A stretch of DNA of 64,000 bases from an uncultured Ignavibacteriales bacterium (GTDB taxonomy: Bacteria; Zixibacteria; MSB-5A5; GN15; FEB-12): NCBI GenBank assembly GCA_964464605.1, contig CAYXJN010000005.1:186001-250000 (forward strand), in the 5' to 3' direction. Position numbers and translations under genes: made by a program. The notes beneath the pieces were generated by a model. It was not told the DNA's origin. It saw nothing but the letters and a program-made list of their open reading frames with translations, and did no database searches. Shown piece after piece: positions 27,580-36,850 of this stretch; position 1 is the stretch's first letter; every line of letters starts with the position of its first letter.

Positions 27580-29018
27580 AGCATATACGCATCGCTTTTT
27601 TATTATCTGCTGTTTTTCTGGTCTCTGTTGTTTCAATGACCAGCGCCGAACCGGCAATGACAACCTGGACTGATTTCGGACGGGTGCGCAGTGTGGCGGT
27701 GTCGAATGAATTTGCCTATTTCGCCACCACCGGCGGTATCACCCGTTATAACAAAGGTAGACAAGAGTGGGAAATGCCTTTAACCGGTACACTCGGTATT
27801 AAACAGGAAGATATCCAGCATATCTGGGTCGATGAATTCGACCAGCATTTGTATGCGGAGACCGGGACCGGACTCTATGAACTGAATCTGCTTTTTGATC
27901 AATGGTACAGCATTCCGGAATTACCGGATATTGATAATCCGGCGCATCGTATTTCGCTGGATGAACTCTTATTCGCTCCGCCCGGTTTTACCTACGGCGG
28001 CAACGGTGTGTTTACCAATGTCCGCGGTGTTACTTTTCCGATTACCGATGCCGTCAAAGACGGTGCGGGTGTTACCTGGGTGGGAACACTCGGGCAGGGA
28101 GCGGCGATAGCCAATGCAACCAATGTCGTAAATTTTATCGAGTATGGACTTTTGCAAGAGCAAGTAAGCAGCATCTGGCCGGATGGGGATAGTATCTGGA
28201 TCGCAGGTCCAATCGCGTTTTCCCATCGCAGCGGCATTTCGATTTTCAACGATATCGAAAACCGTTTTTCCTATATCGAATCGGAAGTGCGGCCGGAATT
28301 TCCGGCGGTTGATGTCAATTGTATCTCAGGCGACGACAAAGCGGTCTATTTCGGGACAACCGATGGATTGTACCGTTTCGAGCGGGAAGGACAGCATATT
28401 TCCCGGCTCGTGAGTGACGGGAACGGCCTGCGCTCGGAAAATGTTCTTTCCCTTGCTGTCACCGATAGCCTCTTGTTTTTAGGTACGCAGGAAGGGTTAG
28501 CATGGGTGCGAATGTTTCCGGACAGTATGCAAGTCAAACTCAGCGCCGATTTTCTGGACAGGATTGTCTACGATATGGAAATTGTCGATTCCACGCTTTG
28601 GCTTGCGACTGAATCGGGTGTTTATCGTGTTTTTTGGGAATCAGGCCGCGTGCAACGATTCACGGATAAAGATAATATGGTCTCATTCGAAGTTTATGAA
28701 ATCGAACGTACCGGCAACGCACTCTGGTTTTCCGCTAAGAAAGGCGCGCTGCGGCTTGATTTGAGCACGGGTGAAAATACGCCGTATTTATTGACTGATG
28801 CCGGCGGAATGGATCGCGTCCTGGCGGTAAATGATGAAGTGGTTGCCATGAACACCTACCGCGGCGTCACCATTCAGTATTACCGGGAAAAATCGGTTCG
28901 CAAGAAAGATATCAACCGCATCGACGGGCTCCCGTCAGAACATATTTTCTCGCTTGAGCTTTTAGGGGACTATCTCTGGATTGGCACGGATAAAGGGCTT
29001 ACCCGCGTTCAGTGGTGA
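27576..29018 (+). CDS. Secreted beta-propeller protein (two-component regulator propeller-like)
   Basis: Signal peptide; repeated W(I/V)GT..GL units, GLPSEHI. Confidence 0.7.
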   Translation: MKHIRIAFLLSAVFLVSVVSMTSAEPAMTTWTDFGRVRSVAVSNEFAYFATTGGITRYNKGRQEWEMPLTGTLGIKQEDIQHIWVDEFDQHLYAETGTGLYELNLLFDQWYSIPELPDIDNPAHRISLDELLFAPPGFTYGGNGVFTNVRGVTFPITDAVKDGAGVTWVGTLGQGAAIANATNVVNFIEYGLLQEQVSSIWPDGDSIWIAGPIAFSHRSGISIFNDIENRFSYIESEVRPEFPAVDVNCISGDDKAVYFGTTDGLYRFEREGQHISRLVSDGNGLRSENVLSLAVTDSLLFLGTQEGLAWVRMFPDSMQVKLSADFLDRIVYDMEIVDSTLWLATESGVYRVFWESGRVQRFTDKDNMVSFEVYEIERTGNALWFSAKKGALRLDLSTGENTPYLLTDAGGMDRVLAVNDEVVAMNTYRGVTIQYYREKSVRKKDINRIDGLPSEHIFSLELLGDYLWIGTDKGLTRVQW

Positions 29019-29095
29019 TTACCTTTCCCGTTGATTGCCGGCCGTTTCCGCAGTACCATCCTATCTAACAACGATTAAGGCAGCATACAAACGGA

Positions 29096-30013
29096 ATGAA
29101 ATTCTCCTTTCTTACGCAGAACATTTGGCTGAAAGTATCGGCAGTTACGCTTGGGCTGCTGCTCTGGCTGCATGTAGCGACCGAGAAGGTTTATAATTAT
29201 GAAATTACCCTGCCGGTTCAATATATCTCCGTGCATACCGGCTTGCAGATGCTGAACAAGCCGGTCGATTCATTGACTATCACCGTCGAAGCAACCGGCA
29301 AACAGCTCTTACGCCGTCAATGGCGCAGCCGTGGACTTCGTATTTCCGCCGGACAATTGCGTACCGGCAACCATATGCTTGAACTGACACCCAACAACGT
29401 GTTGTTGATCGGCGATCCGCAGGGGATTTCTGTACAGGGAATTATTTATCCGGTCAGTATTCCTCTTTCGCTTGATGAACGGGTGACAACTTCGATCCCC
29501 GTTGAAGTATCAGTCAAGCCGGAAGCGGCTCCCGGTTTTATGGTAACAAAAGTTTCAGAGCCGCATCCGCTCCGGGTGATGGTCACCGGACCGAAATCAC
29601 AGGTCGAAAAACAAGGGACAATTAAAACGGTTGAATCATCCTTCACCAGTCTGCGTGACAGCACGAGTGTTACTATGTCATTAAAACGTCCTGAATATGC
29701 AGGTTGGAATATCGCTCCGGATTCTGTCACCGTTGGGTTAACTATTGAGCCGATAGAAAAGAAATTGTTTTCGCGTATTCCTGTTGTAGTCTTCCATCCT
29801 TCGGATGATGTTTCCTCTCGTCCTGAAGCAATCGATATCGAAATTTCCGGACCCGCGCACCTGTTGAGCAAACTTGAAGCGCATCGAATTGTCGCATCGG
29901 TTGATTATCTGCAGAGAAATCTGATTTCGAAAAAAAGTGAAGTAACTATTGATTGTCCAGTTGGCGTTCATGCCACTAAACAGTCGGTAGATTCGGTGCA
30001 GTTCAGCAAATGA
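29096..30013 (+). CDS. CdaR/YbbR-like protein
   Basis: N-terminal NIWLKV...LWLHV TM anchor; YbbR-type beta repeats (V.GP..). Confidence 0.8.
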   Translation: MKFSFLTQNIWLKVSAVTLGLLLWLHVATEKVYNYEITLPVQYISVHTGLQMLNKPVDSLTITVEATGKQLLRRQWRSRGLRISAGQLRTGNHMLELTPNNVLLIGDPQGISVQGIIYPVSIPLSLDERVTTSIPVEVSVKPEAAPGFMVTKVSEPHPLRVMVTGPKSQVEKQGTIKTVESSFTSLRDSTSVTMSLKRPEYAGWNIAPDSVTVGLTIEPIEKKLFSRIPVVVFHPSDDVSSRPEAIDIEISGPAHLLSKLEAHRIVASVDYLQRNLISKKSEVTIDCPVGVHATKQSVDSVQFSK

Positions 30014-31020
30014 TAGTTTTAGGAATAGAAACATCCTGTGATGAAACCTCCGCCGCAATTATTCGCGATGGAAAAGAGGTGTTATCGAACATCGTGCTTT
30101 CGCAGCCGGCGCACACCCGTTTTGGCGGAGTTGTTCCGGAAGTTGCCAGTCGCGCGCATTTGAAAACTGTCGTGCCGATTTATCAGGAAGCGCTCGATGG
30201 CGCGAAGGTTTCTCTTACGGATATCGATCTTATCGCCGCGACATTCGGTCCCGGTCTGGTCGGTCCGCTGTTAGTCGGATTGACGTTTGCAAAAGGACTG
30301 AGCTTTGCATCCGGTATACCGTTTATTGCCGTGAATCATTTAGAAGGGCATTTGGCAGCGAATCTTTTGCAGTATCCGGAAATGTCGGAACATCATTTGT
30401 CGTTAGTCGTATCGGGAGGGCATACGCTGTTGATCGAAGTGGAGCAAATCGGCAAGTACACGCTTATCGGGCAGACTCGTGATGATGCCGCCGGGGAAGC
30501 ATTCGACAAAGTCGCTAAACTGCTTGATCTCGGATATCCGGGAGGGGCAAAGCTGGACGCTATCGCAAAAACCGGCAATGCGCAGGCGATTAAATTTCCA
30601 CGCGCCGTTATTAAAGATGAACCGTTTACGTTTTCATTTTCCGGATTAAAAACTGCAGTCGCTTTGTACATCGAAAAATTGACACCGGACGAACGGCAGC
30701 GCCAACTGCCGGATATTGCGGCTTCCTTTCAGGAGGCGGTAGTGGATGTGCTGGTCGATAGAATGGTAAAAGCGGCTAAAGAAAAACGGTTAAACCATGT
30801 TTCGTTATCCGGCGGTGTGGCAGCAAATAGCCGTCTACGTGCTGTTATGCAGGAAAAGCTCACCCTAACAGGATGCAAACTCTTCGTTCCGCCGATGTCA
30901 CTCTGTACTGATAACGCAGCCATGATCGCCGCTGCCGGATATTTTCGGTATCAGGCGGAGGGAGCATCCGAGTATGCCGTCAACGCCGTTCCATATCTGC
31001 CATTAATCAGCTGGCGGTGA
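30010..31020 (+). CDS. tsaD: tRNA N6-adenosine threonylcarbamoyltransferase TsaD
   Basis: LGIETSCDET, GGVVPEVASRAH, HLEGH, VSGGHT, DDAAGEAFDK, TDNAAMI. Confidence 0.98.
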   Translation: MIVLGIETSCDETSAAIIRDGKEVLSNIVLSQPAHTRFGGVVPEVASRAHLKTVVPIYQEALDGAKVSLTDIDLIAATFGPGLVGPLLVGLTFAKGLSFASGIPFIAVNHLEGHLAANLLQYPEMSEHHLSLVVSGGHTLLIEVEQIGKYTLIGQTRDDAAGEAFDKVAKLLDLGYPGGAKLDAIAKTGNAQAIKFPRAVIKDEPFTFSFSGLKTAVALYIEKLTPDERQRQLPDIAASFQEAVVDVLVDRMVKAAKEKRLNHVSLSGGVAANSRLRAVMQEKLTLTGCKLFVPPMSLCTDNAAMIAAAGYFRYQAEGASEYAVNAVPYLPLISWR

Positions 31021-31024
31021 CTAA

Positions 31025-33622
31025 CTACCGAATCACCATAAACTTACCCATCTGGACATTGCCGTTCGGTTCTTCGACCGTCCAGTAATAGAGTCCTGAT
31101 ACGATAATCTGTCTATTCCGGTTGATTAAACTCCAGTAATCATGTCTACCCGTCGGATCACTTGGGTCGGCATCATGCTTTTTCTCAACTACCAAGTCTC
31201 CATCAAGTGTGTAGACTCTGATTGTGCACTGATACGGGAGATTCGCAAAGTTAAGCTGGCGGACTTTATCATCAGGGAAATCATCTCTGGTACGACCTTC
31301 AAATCCTTTGCTCCGGTAATCAGCATCGATCCGGTATGGGTTCGGATAGACATAGACTTTCAGGTTATCACCAGCTGCTTCTTCCTGCGAACTCGCCGCA
31401 TAGGCTTGCTTGGCATTCAGGGTAATCGATGTTTCAAGGGGACTCAGTCCTGTTTTCGGGGATCCGAAATCGAAGGCGGTCACATTCACCCAATAGGGAA
31501 CAGAAGATAACAGTCCGATTACTTCACATTCATACTCGAAGAATTTGAATTGGCCATCTTCGGTGTAGTCATCAGGAGTCAGCTGATCTGCCGGAACGGT
31601 TCGAGGGTCACGAGTGTTAGGGTAGACTTTTTTGATTGGGGTACTTACTCCCAATTCCGATGCGTTGTAGTCATGCTTGGTGAAATAGTAGATTGAGTCT
31701 GGATACAACGGGTGATTGTACGGATCGAATGAGGTGTAGTCTAAGGGATTAAATGCTGAGTCATCACAGGTGAATCCGTATCGGCAACGGAGAGAATCTA
31801 ATGACAGCGGAATATCTTTTAGGTCATATTGATTGGTGTGTTTGTTCCATGCCCAGATATCATAGTTTTCGGTATCGTATGAGGCATACCGGGAATAACT
31901 GGTCGCTCTATCATCACGGGCGATATAGATACGATACCCTTCAAAGTCGACCATCCGGCTGAAGATATCTTTCTCGGTTTCTGACCGTTCCCCGTTGAAA
32001 GTTATCTTCAGTCCGTTGAGCAACTGCGTGACTTTGAATGTCGGCGCAGGGGGCGGTCCGGCACCTTTCCAGTCGGGAACACCGTCACCGCGATACCAGA
32101 TCGTGTCAGCATAACTGGGAACCCATTCTCCATCAACAAACTCAGAATCAATCACACAGACATGATAGCTTCCGAAATAGCCATCACCGTCCGTGTCGAC
32201 ACCGGGATTATCATAAATCCACTGCGCCCACAAGGTGTTTTTGACCAAATCGCTGAAATCGACATTGCGCATCCACTCGTCCGGATTATTGGGCAAGTTT
32301 GCTCCATTGTTCGGATCAACATGAAAATTCTCTCCTGCAACAAGCGCTACAGGAATAGTTATTGATGCGCCGGGGGAAAGTTGGTATGGGCCGATTGAGA
32401 AGCAGGTAAATAAGCCAGCTCCATCTGCTATATCAGGGGCGTCAAGCGGGGGTGGCGGAAGCCATCCTTCATTATTTGCTCCAACTTGTGCCGTATACAC
32501 AGAAGGAAAATCGATTTCCGGAGTGCGCATCATGTAGTATTTATTGCGGTCGCCTAACGGTGCGCCAGTGCCGCCCGTCCCAAAATTTCGGTAGTCAGCA
32601 CGTTTTCTTGGTCCATAATCAGCCATGCTGATAAACCAATTGAATGAAACTTGTTGGGGGTAGGTAGCTGAGTATGGGTTGGTATTAAGGTAGGTCAAGC
32701 CTAACACGTCTTGAACTGACTTGATGTAATTGCCGCTCTGTGGATCAAACATTACTTGGTCAGTAAAGATGCCGTCGAAAGGATCTCCGTCATTATCGGC
32801 CACCCAGGCAAGATTCATCGAATCAACATAGCTGCATGTAGAGGATAGAAAGGAGTTGTCGACAGTAGAAATATGCCCGCACACTTCGTCAGCACTATTT
32901 TCTCCTTGAGAAAATCGAATCTCGGGCAATGATGAGAGTGCGAAGAACACGTCATTGAGTTCCGCCGTTCCAATATTAGAAACAATGTAATTGAACAGGA
33001 CTAAGTCTTCAGCATACCCGTATGACCAGGCGTAACTTTCCTGTCTGACGTTAAGACCGAGTGGTTTGTGCGGTTGGCGAGTCTGCCAATCGTAACCAAC
33101 CGAGGGGTCAGTGCGGATAGTTACTGTATCTATTATTGTCGCGATCCAGTCTTCTTCTGACACAGCGCCGAGAGAATCTGGTCCTAAGGTGCTTCTGTGG
33201 ATAAGTTCACCGAAAGGAAACTCTTCAGGCCAAAATTCCTGTTTTAACTCTTCTGACCACCAACTTATGACGGTCGAAACCAACGTATCATGCTCGTCTA
33301 TAATTGCGCCGATCCATGGGCCTGTTGCCAGTTCCATCTGTAGCAACTCCCCTTTCGGGTATTCACCGCCAAAATCAATGAAATATTCTAACGTATCATT
33401 CAATTCGCGTCCGGAAAAATTCCACCCAAAGCCCGCGAAGTTATCAAGCGACAAGCCAAACTTGTTAATATGATGAAACGCATAATCAAATCGGTACTGA
33501 TATGAGGAGGGAGATGCGGTTTTTGAAGCAACATATGCTGGGTTTGCTGTTAGAGCGTATGCAGGCAAAAAAACTATTAGCCAGTGAACGATGAGAAATG
33601 TGAGCACCGGCTGTGCATTCAT
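31025..33622 (-). CDS. Large secreted protein with Ca-binding DxDxDG motifs, FnIII-like region and C-terminal T9SS-CTD-like/FlgD-Ig domain
   Basis: Probable start MNAQPVLTFLIVHWLIVFLPAYA (signal); DTDGDG; PPPAP; DFEGYRIY; VTAFDFG; VYVYPNPY...IRVYTLDGDLV...SGLYYW...GKFMVIR. Confidence 0.75.
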   Translation of the reverse strand: MNAQPVLTFLIVHWLIVFLPAYALTANPAYVASKTASPSSYQYRFDYAFHHINKFGLSLDNFAGFGWNFSGRELNDTLEYFIDFGGEYPKGELLQMELATGPWIGAIIDEHDTLVSTVISWWSEELKQEFWPEEFPFGELIHRSTLGPDSLGAVSEEDWIATIIDTVTIRTDPSVGYDWQTRQPHKPLGLNVRQESYAWSYGYAEDLVLFNYIVSNIGTAELNDVFFALSSLPEIRFSQGENSADEVCGHISTVDNSFLSSTCSYVDSMNLAWVADNDGDPFDGIFTDQVMFDPQSGNYIKSVQDVLGLTYLNTNPYSATYPQQVSFNWFISMADYGPRKRADYRNFGTGGTGAPLGDRNKYYMMRTPEIDFPSVYTAQVGANNEGWLPPPPLDAPDIADGAGLFTCFSIGPYQLSPGASITIPVALVAGENFHVDPNNGANLPNNPDEWMRNVDFSDLVKNTLWAQWIYDNPGVDTDGDGYFGSYHVCVIDSEFVDGEWVPSYADTIWYRGDGVPDWKGAGPPPAPTFKVTQLLNGLKITFNGERSETEKDIFSRMVDFEGYRIYIARDDRATSYSRYASYDTENYDIWAWNKHTNQYDLKDIPLSLDSLRCRYGFTCDDSAFNPLDYTSFDPYNHPLYPDSIYYFTKHDYNASELGVSTPIKKVYPNTRDPRTVPADQLTPDDYTEDGQFKFFEYECEVIGLLSSVPYWVNVTAFDFGSPKTGLSPLETSITLNAKQAYAASSQEEAAGDNLKVYVYPNPYRIDADYRSKGFEGRTRDDFPDDKVRQLNFANLPYQCTIRVYTLDGDLVVEKKHDADPSDPTGRHDYWSLINRNRQIIVSGLYYWTVEEPNGNVQMGKFMVIR

Positions 33623-33706
33623 AAAAATAGCAAGGTGCGACCCTCGCGAAATGAAAGCGCGCACCTCGGTTTTGCTCATGCTTAGACTACCTAACAATTA
33701 ACAGGA

Positions 33707-33928
33707 TCAAGAGCACTGACATAAAATAGTGCAGGCATCGAAAAGCCTATCGCAATGACAAAGAGGATCACAAACCAGTGTTCCTCTCTCCATTTGACTC
33801 GGGTTGCAGCAATGAACCCAGCAACAATTGGGGTCTGCATGCGCTTTTTGGGGAGTGGCAAACCCCAAGGCAAAAGCGAAAACTATCGGGAAAAGTGCCA
33901 ATCCGATTTTCAAAGGACGTTTGAACAT
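33707..33928 (-). CDS. Secreted cysteine-rich peptide (10 Cys in a 42-aa mature region)
   Basis: AAGGA RBS before ATG 33928; signal peptide ending KAHA; mature DPNCCWVHCCNPSQMERGTLVCDPLCHCDRLFDACTILCQCS. Confidence 0.75.
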   Translation of the reverse strand: MFKRPLKIGLALFPIVFAFALGFATPQKAHADPNCCWVHCCNPSQMERGTLVCDPLCHCDRLFDACTILCQCS

Positions 33929-34026
33929 ACAAAATCCTTCTTTCTCTTCGTACATCCAATATACGAAGTTGTTTGTTGTTTGGTACTCACGATTAGTCCG
34001 AAAACTTTTGTGACCCTCCTTTCTTA

Positions 34027-34575
34027 CTAAAAGTCCTCCGGATCAATATGTCCGGCGACCATATCGACTATCTGTAACTTGTTGTTTACGAGAATATTAA
34101 ACGGGAATGCCGATACGTTTATTCCGGTGGTGTACACCGCGTTACTATCATGGAGAATCGCAGCAGTTATAGTATAGCGTTGTCGTACATCTATGAGTTC
34201 GAGTGGTTTTGCATTTGAGATGAAAATTGCTTTGGTTTTCTTCGTCGGGTCTGTAAAGACTGGTTGCAGCGCATTCAATTCCTCTATGCATTCATCGCAG
34301 TCCGGCAACATAAAGATCAACCAAGTCGGGCCGGTTACTAAATCTGAAAGTTTCACCGTTTCATTTTCAAGCGTCTTAAAGAATTGATAGTCAGGAAGCG
34401 TGTCACCAATCTTGATTGAATTCATCATGCTGAGAACTTGCGTAGTCAGTTCTTGTCGATTCATAGGAGATTTACCTAGTAAGCGTTTTGCTTCCGTGCC
34501 ACCCCAAAAGGCAATTCCTGATAGCCCCAAAACAATAACAACTCCAATAACAATTCGTACCGCTCGGTTTCCCAT
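34027..34575 (-). CDS. Membrane-anchored TlpA/redoxin-family thiol-disulfide oxidoreductase
   Basis: GGAGG RBS; N-terminal TM; IGDTLPD; PDCDEC (CxxC); cis-Pro motif AFPF. Confidence 0.8.
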   Translation of the reverse strand: MGNRAVRIVIGVVIVLGLSGIAFWGGTEAKRLLGKSPMNRQELTTQVLSMMNSIKIGDTLPDYQFFKTLENETVKLSDLVTGPTWLIFMLPDCDECIEELNALQPVFTDPTKKTKAIFISNAKPLELIDVRQRYTITAAILHDSNAVYTTGINVSAFPFNILVNNKLQIVDMVAGHIDPEDF

Positions 34576-34652
34576 GCGTTCCTCCCAATCATAAATAGAC
34601 ATACATTCAGCAGGTAGTGTGAAAATCCGCCCCACTGCCCGTTGATCACTTT

Positions 34653-34684
34653 ACTATAACGAACAAGGGGGGGGGGATTGTCAA
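34653..34684 (-). promoter_or_regulatory. Sigma70 promoter with poly-C(10) tract in the spacer (phase-variation candidate)
   Basis: Minus strand TTGACA-atCCCCCCCCCCttgttcgt-TATAGT; spacer 20 nt. Confidence 0.65.
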
Positions 34685-34723
34685 ATGGTAGTTTGATTTC
34701 GGGGTTCCACCCTAAACAACAAC

Positions 34724-34754
34724 AAAAAAGCCTCATACTTTCGTATGAGGCTTT
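34724..34754 (-). terminator. Rho-independent terminator of the DUF4388...DUF4295 operon
   Basis: Minus strand aaagcctcatac-gaaa-gtatgaggctttttt. Confidence 0.85.
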
Positions 34755-34775
34755 CAAATTTCTGGTGCAACTTGA

Positions 34776-34949
34776 TTACGGAAGCAGTTCCGACTTGTTG
34801 CTGTCATTCACGCCGACCATAAGGGAGCGGAATTTCCACGCGCCATCTTTGGTTTTATAGGCTTTGACGACTTTAACGAAGTCGCCGCCGGCTCCGGCTG
34901 CGCCGTCTTTCTTTTTCGCTTTGTCCGCAAAGCTCTGTTTCTTTGCCAT
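34776..34949 (-). CDS. Small basic DUF4295-like protein (ribosomal protein bL38-like), below the ORF-track cutoff
   Basis: 57 aa MAKKQSFADKAKKKDGAAGAGGDFVKVVKAYKTKDGAWKFRSLMVGVNDSNKSELLP; AGGAG RBS in the upstream gene end; strong terminator after. Confidence 0.7.
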   Translation of the reverse strand: MAKKQSFADKAKKKDGAAGAGGDFVKVVKAYKTKDGAWKFRSLMVGVNDSNKSELLP

Positions 34950-34953
34950 AGTC

Positions 34954-35166
34954 TTATAACTCCTTGAGTTCTACAATTTCTTCGTTTTGGGCTAACCGCT
35001 CTTTGACGGCCAACAGTGTCCGAGTCGTTTCATACAACAGGTTGAACTCCCGGTTGTTTCTAAAAAACTCGCTGGCCAAGTCAAAATGCCGTAATGCTGT
35101 AATATACTCCTTGTTACGCAAAGCGGCAAGGGCAAGGTAATACTCTTTTTCCGGCCGGTTAAGCAT
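34954..35166 (-). CDS. Hypothetical small helical (TPR-like) protein
   Basis: Operon-coupled ORF; YYLALAAL...AL.HF..A pattern. Confidence 0.6.
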   Translation of the reverse strand: MLNRPEKEYYLALAALRNKEYITALRHFDLASEFFRNNREFNLLYETTRTLLAVKERLAQNEEIVELKEL

Positions 35167-35812
35167 TCGGTACCTGCCGGGGGATCAGTTTTTCGGCATC
35201 TTTAAGCCGTTTGACATACGGTTCAACCTTGTAACCGCCTAAACGAAGGTAATATAGGAGGAATCCGGAAAGGATTAAGGCCTCCCGGTTTTGCTGTAGT
35301 TCGGCTATTTTAAGGGCTTCATCCAGCACCGATAACAGGTGTGGTTTTGAGGCGGACATATACTTAAACAGCTCGTTCATTTTCATCATTGTGGCTTGAA
35401 ACTGGGCGAGGGTATCCTGCGTTTCGGCTGCTTTTTCCGGCGGTCGTTTCAGCACCAATCCGCCGGAGCTTTTCACCAAATGGCTGCTCCAGCGTTCGAT
35501 TTCGGTTTCGAGCTTTTCTGTTTCCGGAGTTACCGATTCCGCAGGCACACTGCCGCGAAGTTCTTCTAAGATCGTAGCGATACGCCGTTTGTCGGCAGGA
35601 CGAAGGGTTTGATCATTCAGCCAATTGCTGTGTTTAGCCAGCCAATCACCCATTTGGGAAATTTGATCGTCGTGATTTGTTTCTTTGGCGATGTCATCAA
35701 GATTGTTGATACCGCCTAAAACAGATAGCCGTTCAGATTTTGCTGCTACTGCCCGTTCAAGAAAAGATTCCAAAAGCTGTTCGAGCGATTGTAATGCTTC
35801 CCGTTCGCCCAC
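35159..35812 (-). CDS. Hypothetical helical protein
   Basis: 217-aa ORF abutting both neighbours. Confidence 0.7.
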   Translation of the reverse strand: MGEREALQSLEQLLESFLERAVAAKSERLSVLGGINNLDDIAKETNHDDQISQMGDWLAKHSNWLNDQTLRPADKRRIATILEELRGSVPAESVTPETEKLETEIERWSSHLVKSSGGLVLKRPPEKAAETQDTLAQFQATMMKMNELFKYMSASKPHLLSVLDEALKIAELQQNREALILSGFLLYYLRLGGYKVEPYVKRLKDAEKLIPRQVPNA

Positions 35813-36670
35813 TTATTGCCCCGTTAGTTTGTCATGAACTTGAATCCGCTCATCCATTCGTGACGGATTTTTTTGCAAGAGATAGGATTCAAACAATCCG
35901 GCCAGACGGTTTACCATCCCTTCCAGATTCGCCGGTTCAGCGCTTGGGCGTTTATCGGAAATCGTGATAATACCGGCTAACTTGAGTTGGGCTAATTTCG
36001 TAAGCGTATCCTGCCGTTCGATTGGGCTGATACGGCAGATATCATCGACTGTGCGGTGCCCGTCGACTAAGGTGAGAATATTCCATTCCTGCGAGTGAAG
36101 TGTTATCTGTCGAATCCGGTGTTCCTGGGACGGTGCCAGTGCAAACACTATTGCTGTGTTGGTGATCGTGTTTTCTACCAGCTGACGTTCATCCACCCGG
36201 CGTAAGCCCTCGAGAATGACATTTTCAACCGAGATACGAACGGTGATTTCTTCTTCGGTCGGGAATTGATCTTCGTAAAATTTGAATGATCCGGTCGACC
36301 AACTTAACAGAGAGTAGAGCAGTTCTTCGACCTGTTTTCTGACGATATCTTCGAGTTTATTCCGGTCGACAAACCCGCGGGAGATTAAAATTTCACCGAG
36401 GCGTTTCGCGTTGTCGGTGCGGGCCTGAATACTTATCGCTTCATCAAGCTGTTCCGGACTGACTAAACCCCGTTCACGAAGTATTTGCCCGATATGGTAG
36501 GTTTGGCGCGGACCGTAGCCGTAGATAATTTCACCGTCGCGAAAATAGACCATGACGATGGTATCATCCTGCTGAATCCCCAGCGTTCCGGTTTTTCGAC
36601 CGGCCGCCAGCAGTTGGAAAATTTCTGCTAATGCGAATCGCTGAAGATTTCCCTGCAGAGCCAAATCCAT
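35813..36670 (-). CDS. DUF4388 (PATAN) protein with MshEN-like c-di-GMP-binding motifs
   Basis: LQGNLQRFALAEIFQLLAAGRKTGTL; HIGQILRERGLV..EQLDEAISIQ and RLGEILISRGFV...L...VRKQ; LLSWSTGSFKF. Confidence 0.85.
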   Translation of the reverse strand: MDLALQGNLQRFALAEIFQLLAAGRKTGTLGIQQDDTIVMVYFRDGEIIYGYGPRQTYHIGQILRERGLVSPEQLDEAISIQARTDNAKRLGEILISRGFVDRNKLEDIVRKQVEELLYSLLSWSTGSFKFYEDQFPTEEEITVRISVENVILEGLRRVDERQLVENTITNTAIVFALAPSQEHRIRQITLHSQEWNILTLVDGHRTVDDICRISPIERQDTLTKLAQLKLAGIITISDKRPSAEPANLEGMVNRLAGLFESYLLQKNPSRMDERIQVHDKLTGQ

Positions 36671-36850
36671 ATCGTTCTATTCCTTTAGTGTCCTGTTGTC
36701 GCCGATATTCCGGATCGGACAGTCAGCCAAACGCATTGTCTTTATGTCAGTTACCGGTTATACTATGCCCAATAAATAACGGGCCCATCCGCTTGAAGTC
36801 AACCAATCTTTGACGATTACGGAGGGAAAAGAGGATTACTCGCACTTGGT

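Noticed and set aside
34005..34025. Strong AAAGGAGG on the minus strand after the redoxin stop
   Set aside because: No start codon at suitable spacing; no extra ORF supported.
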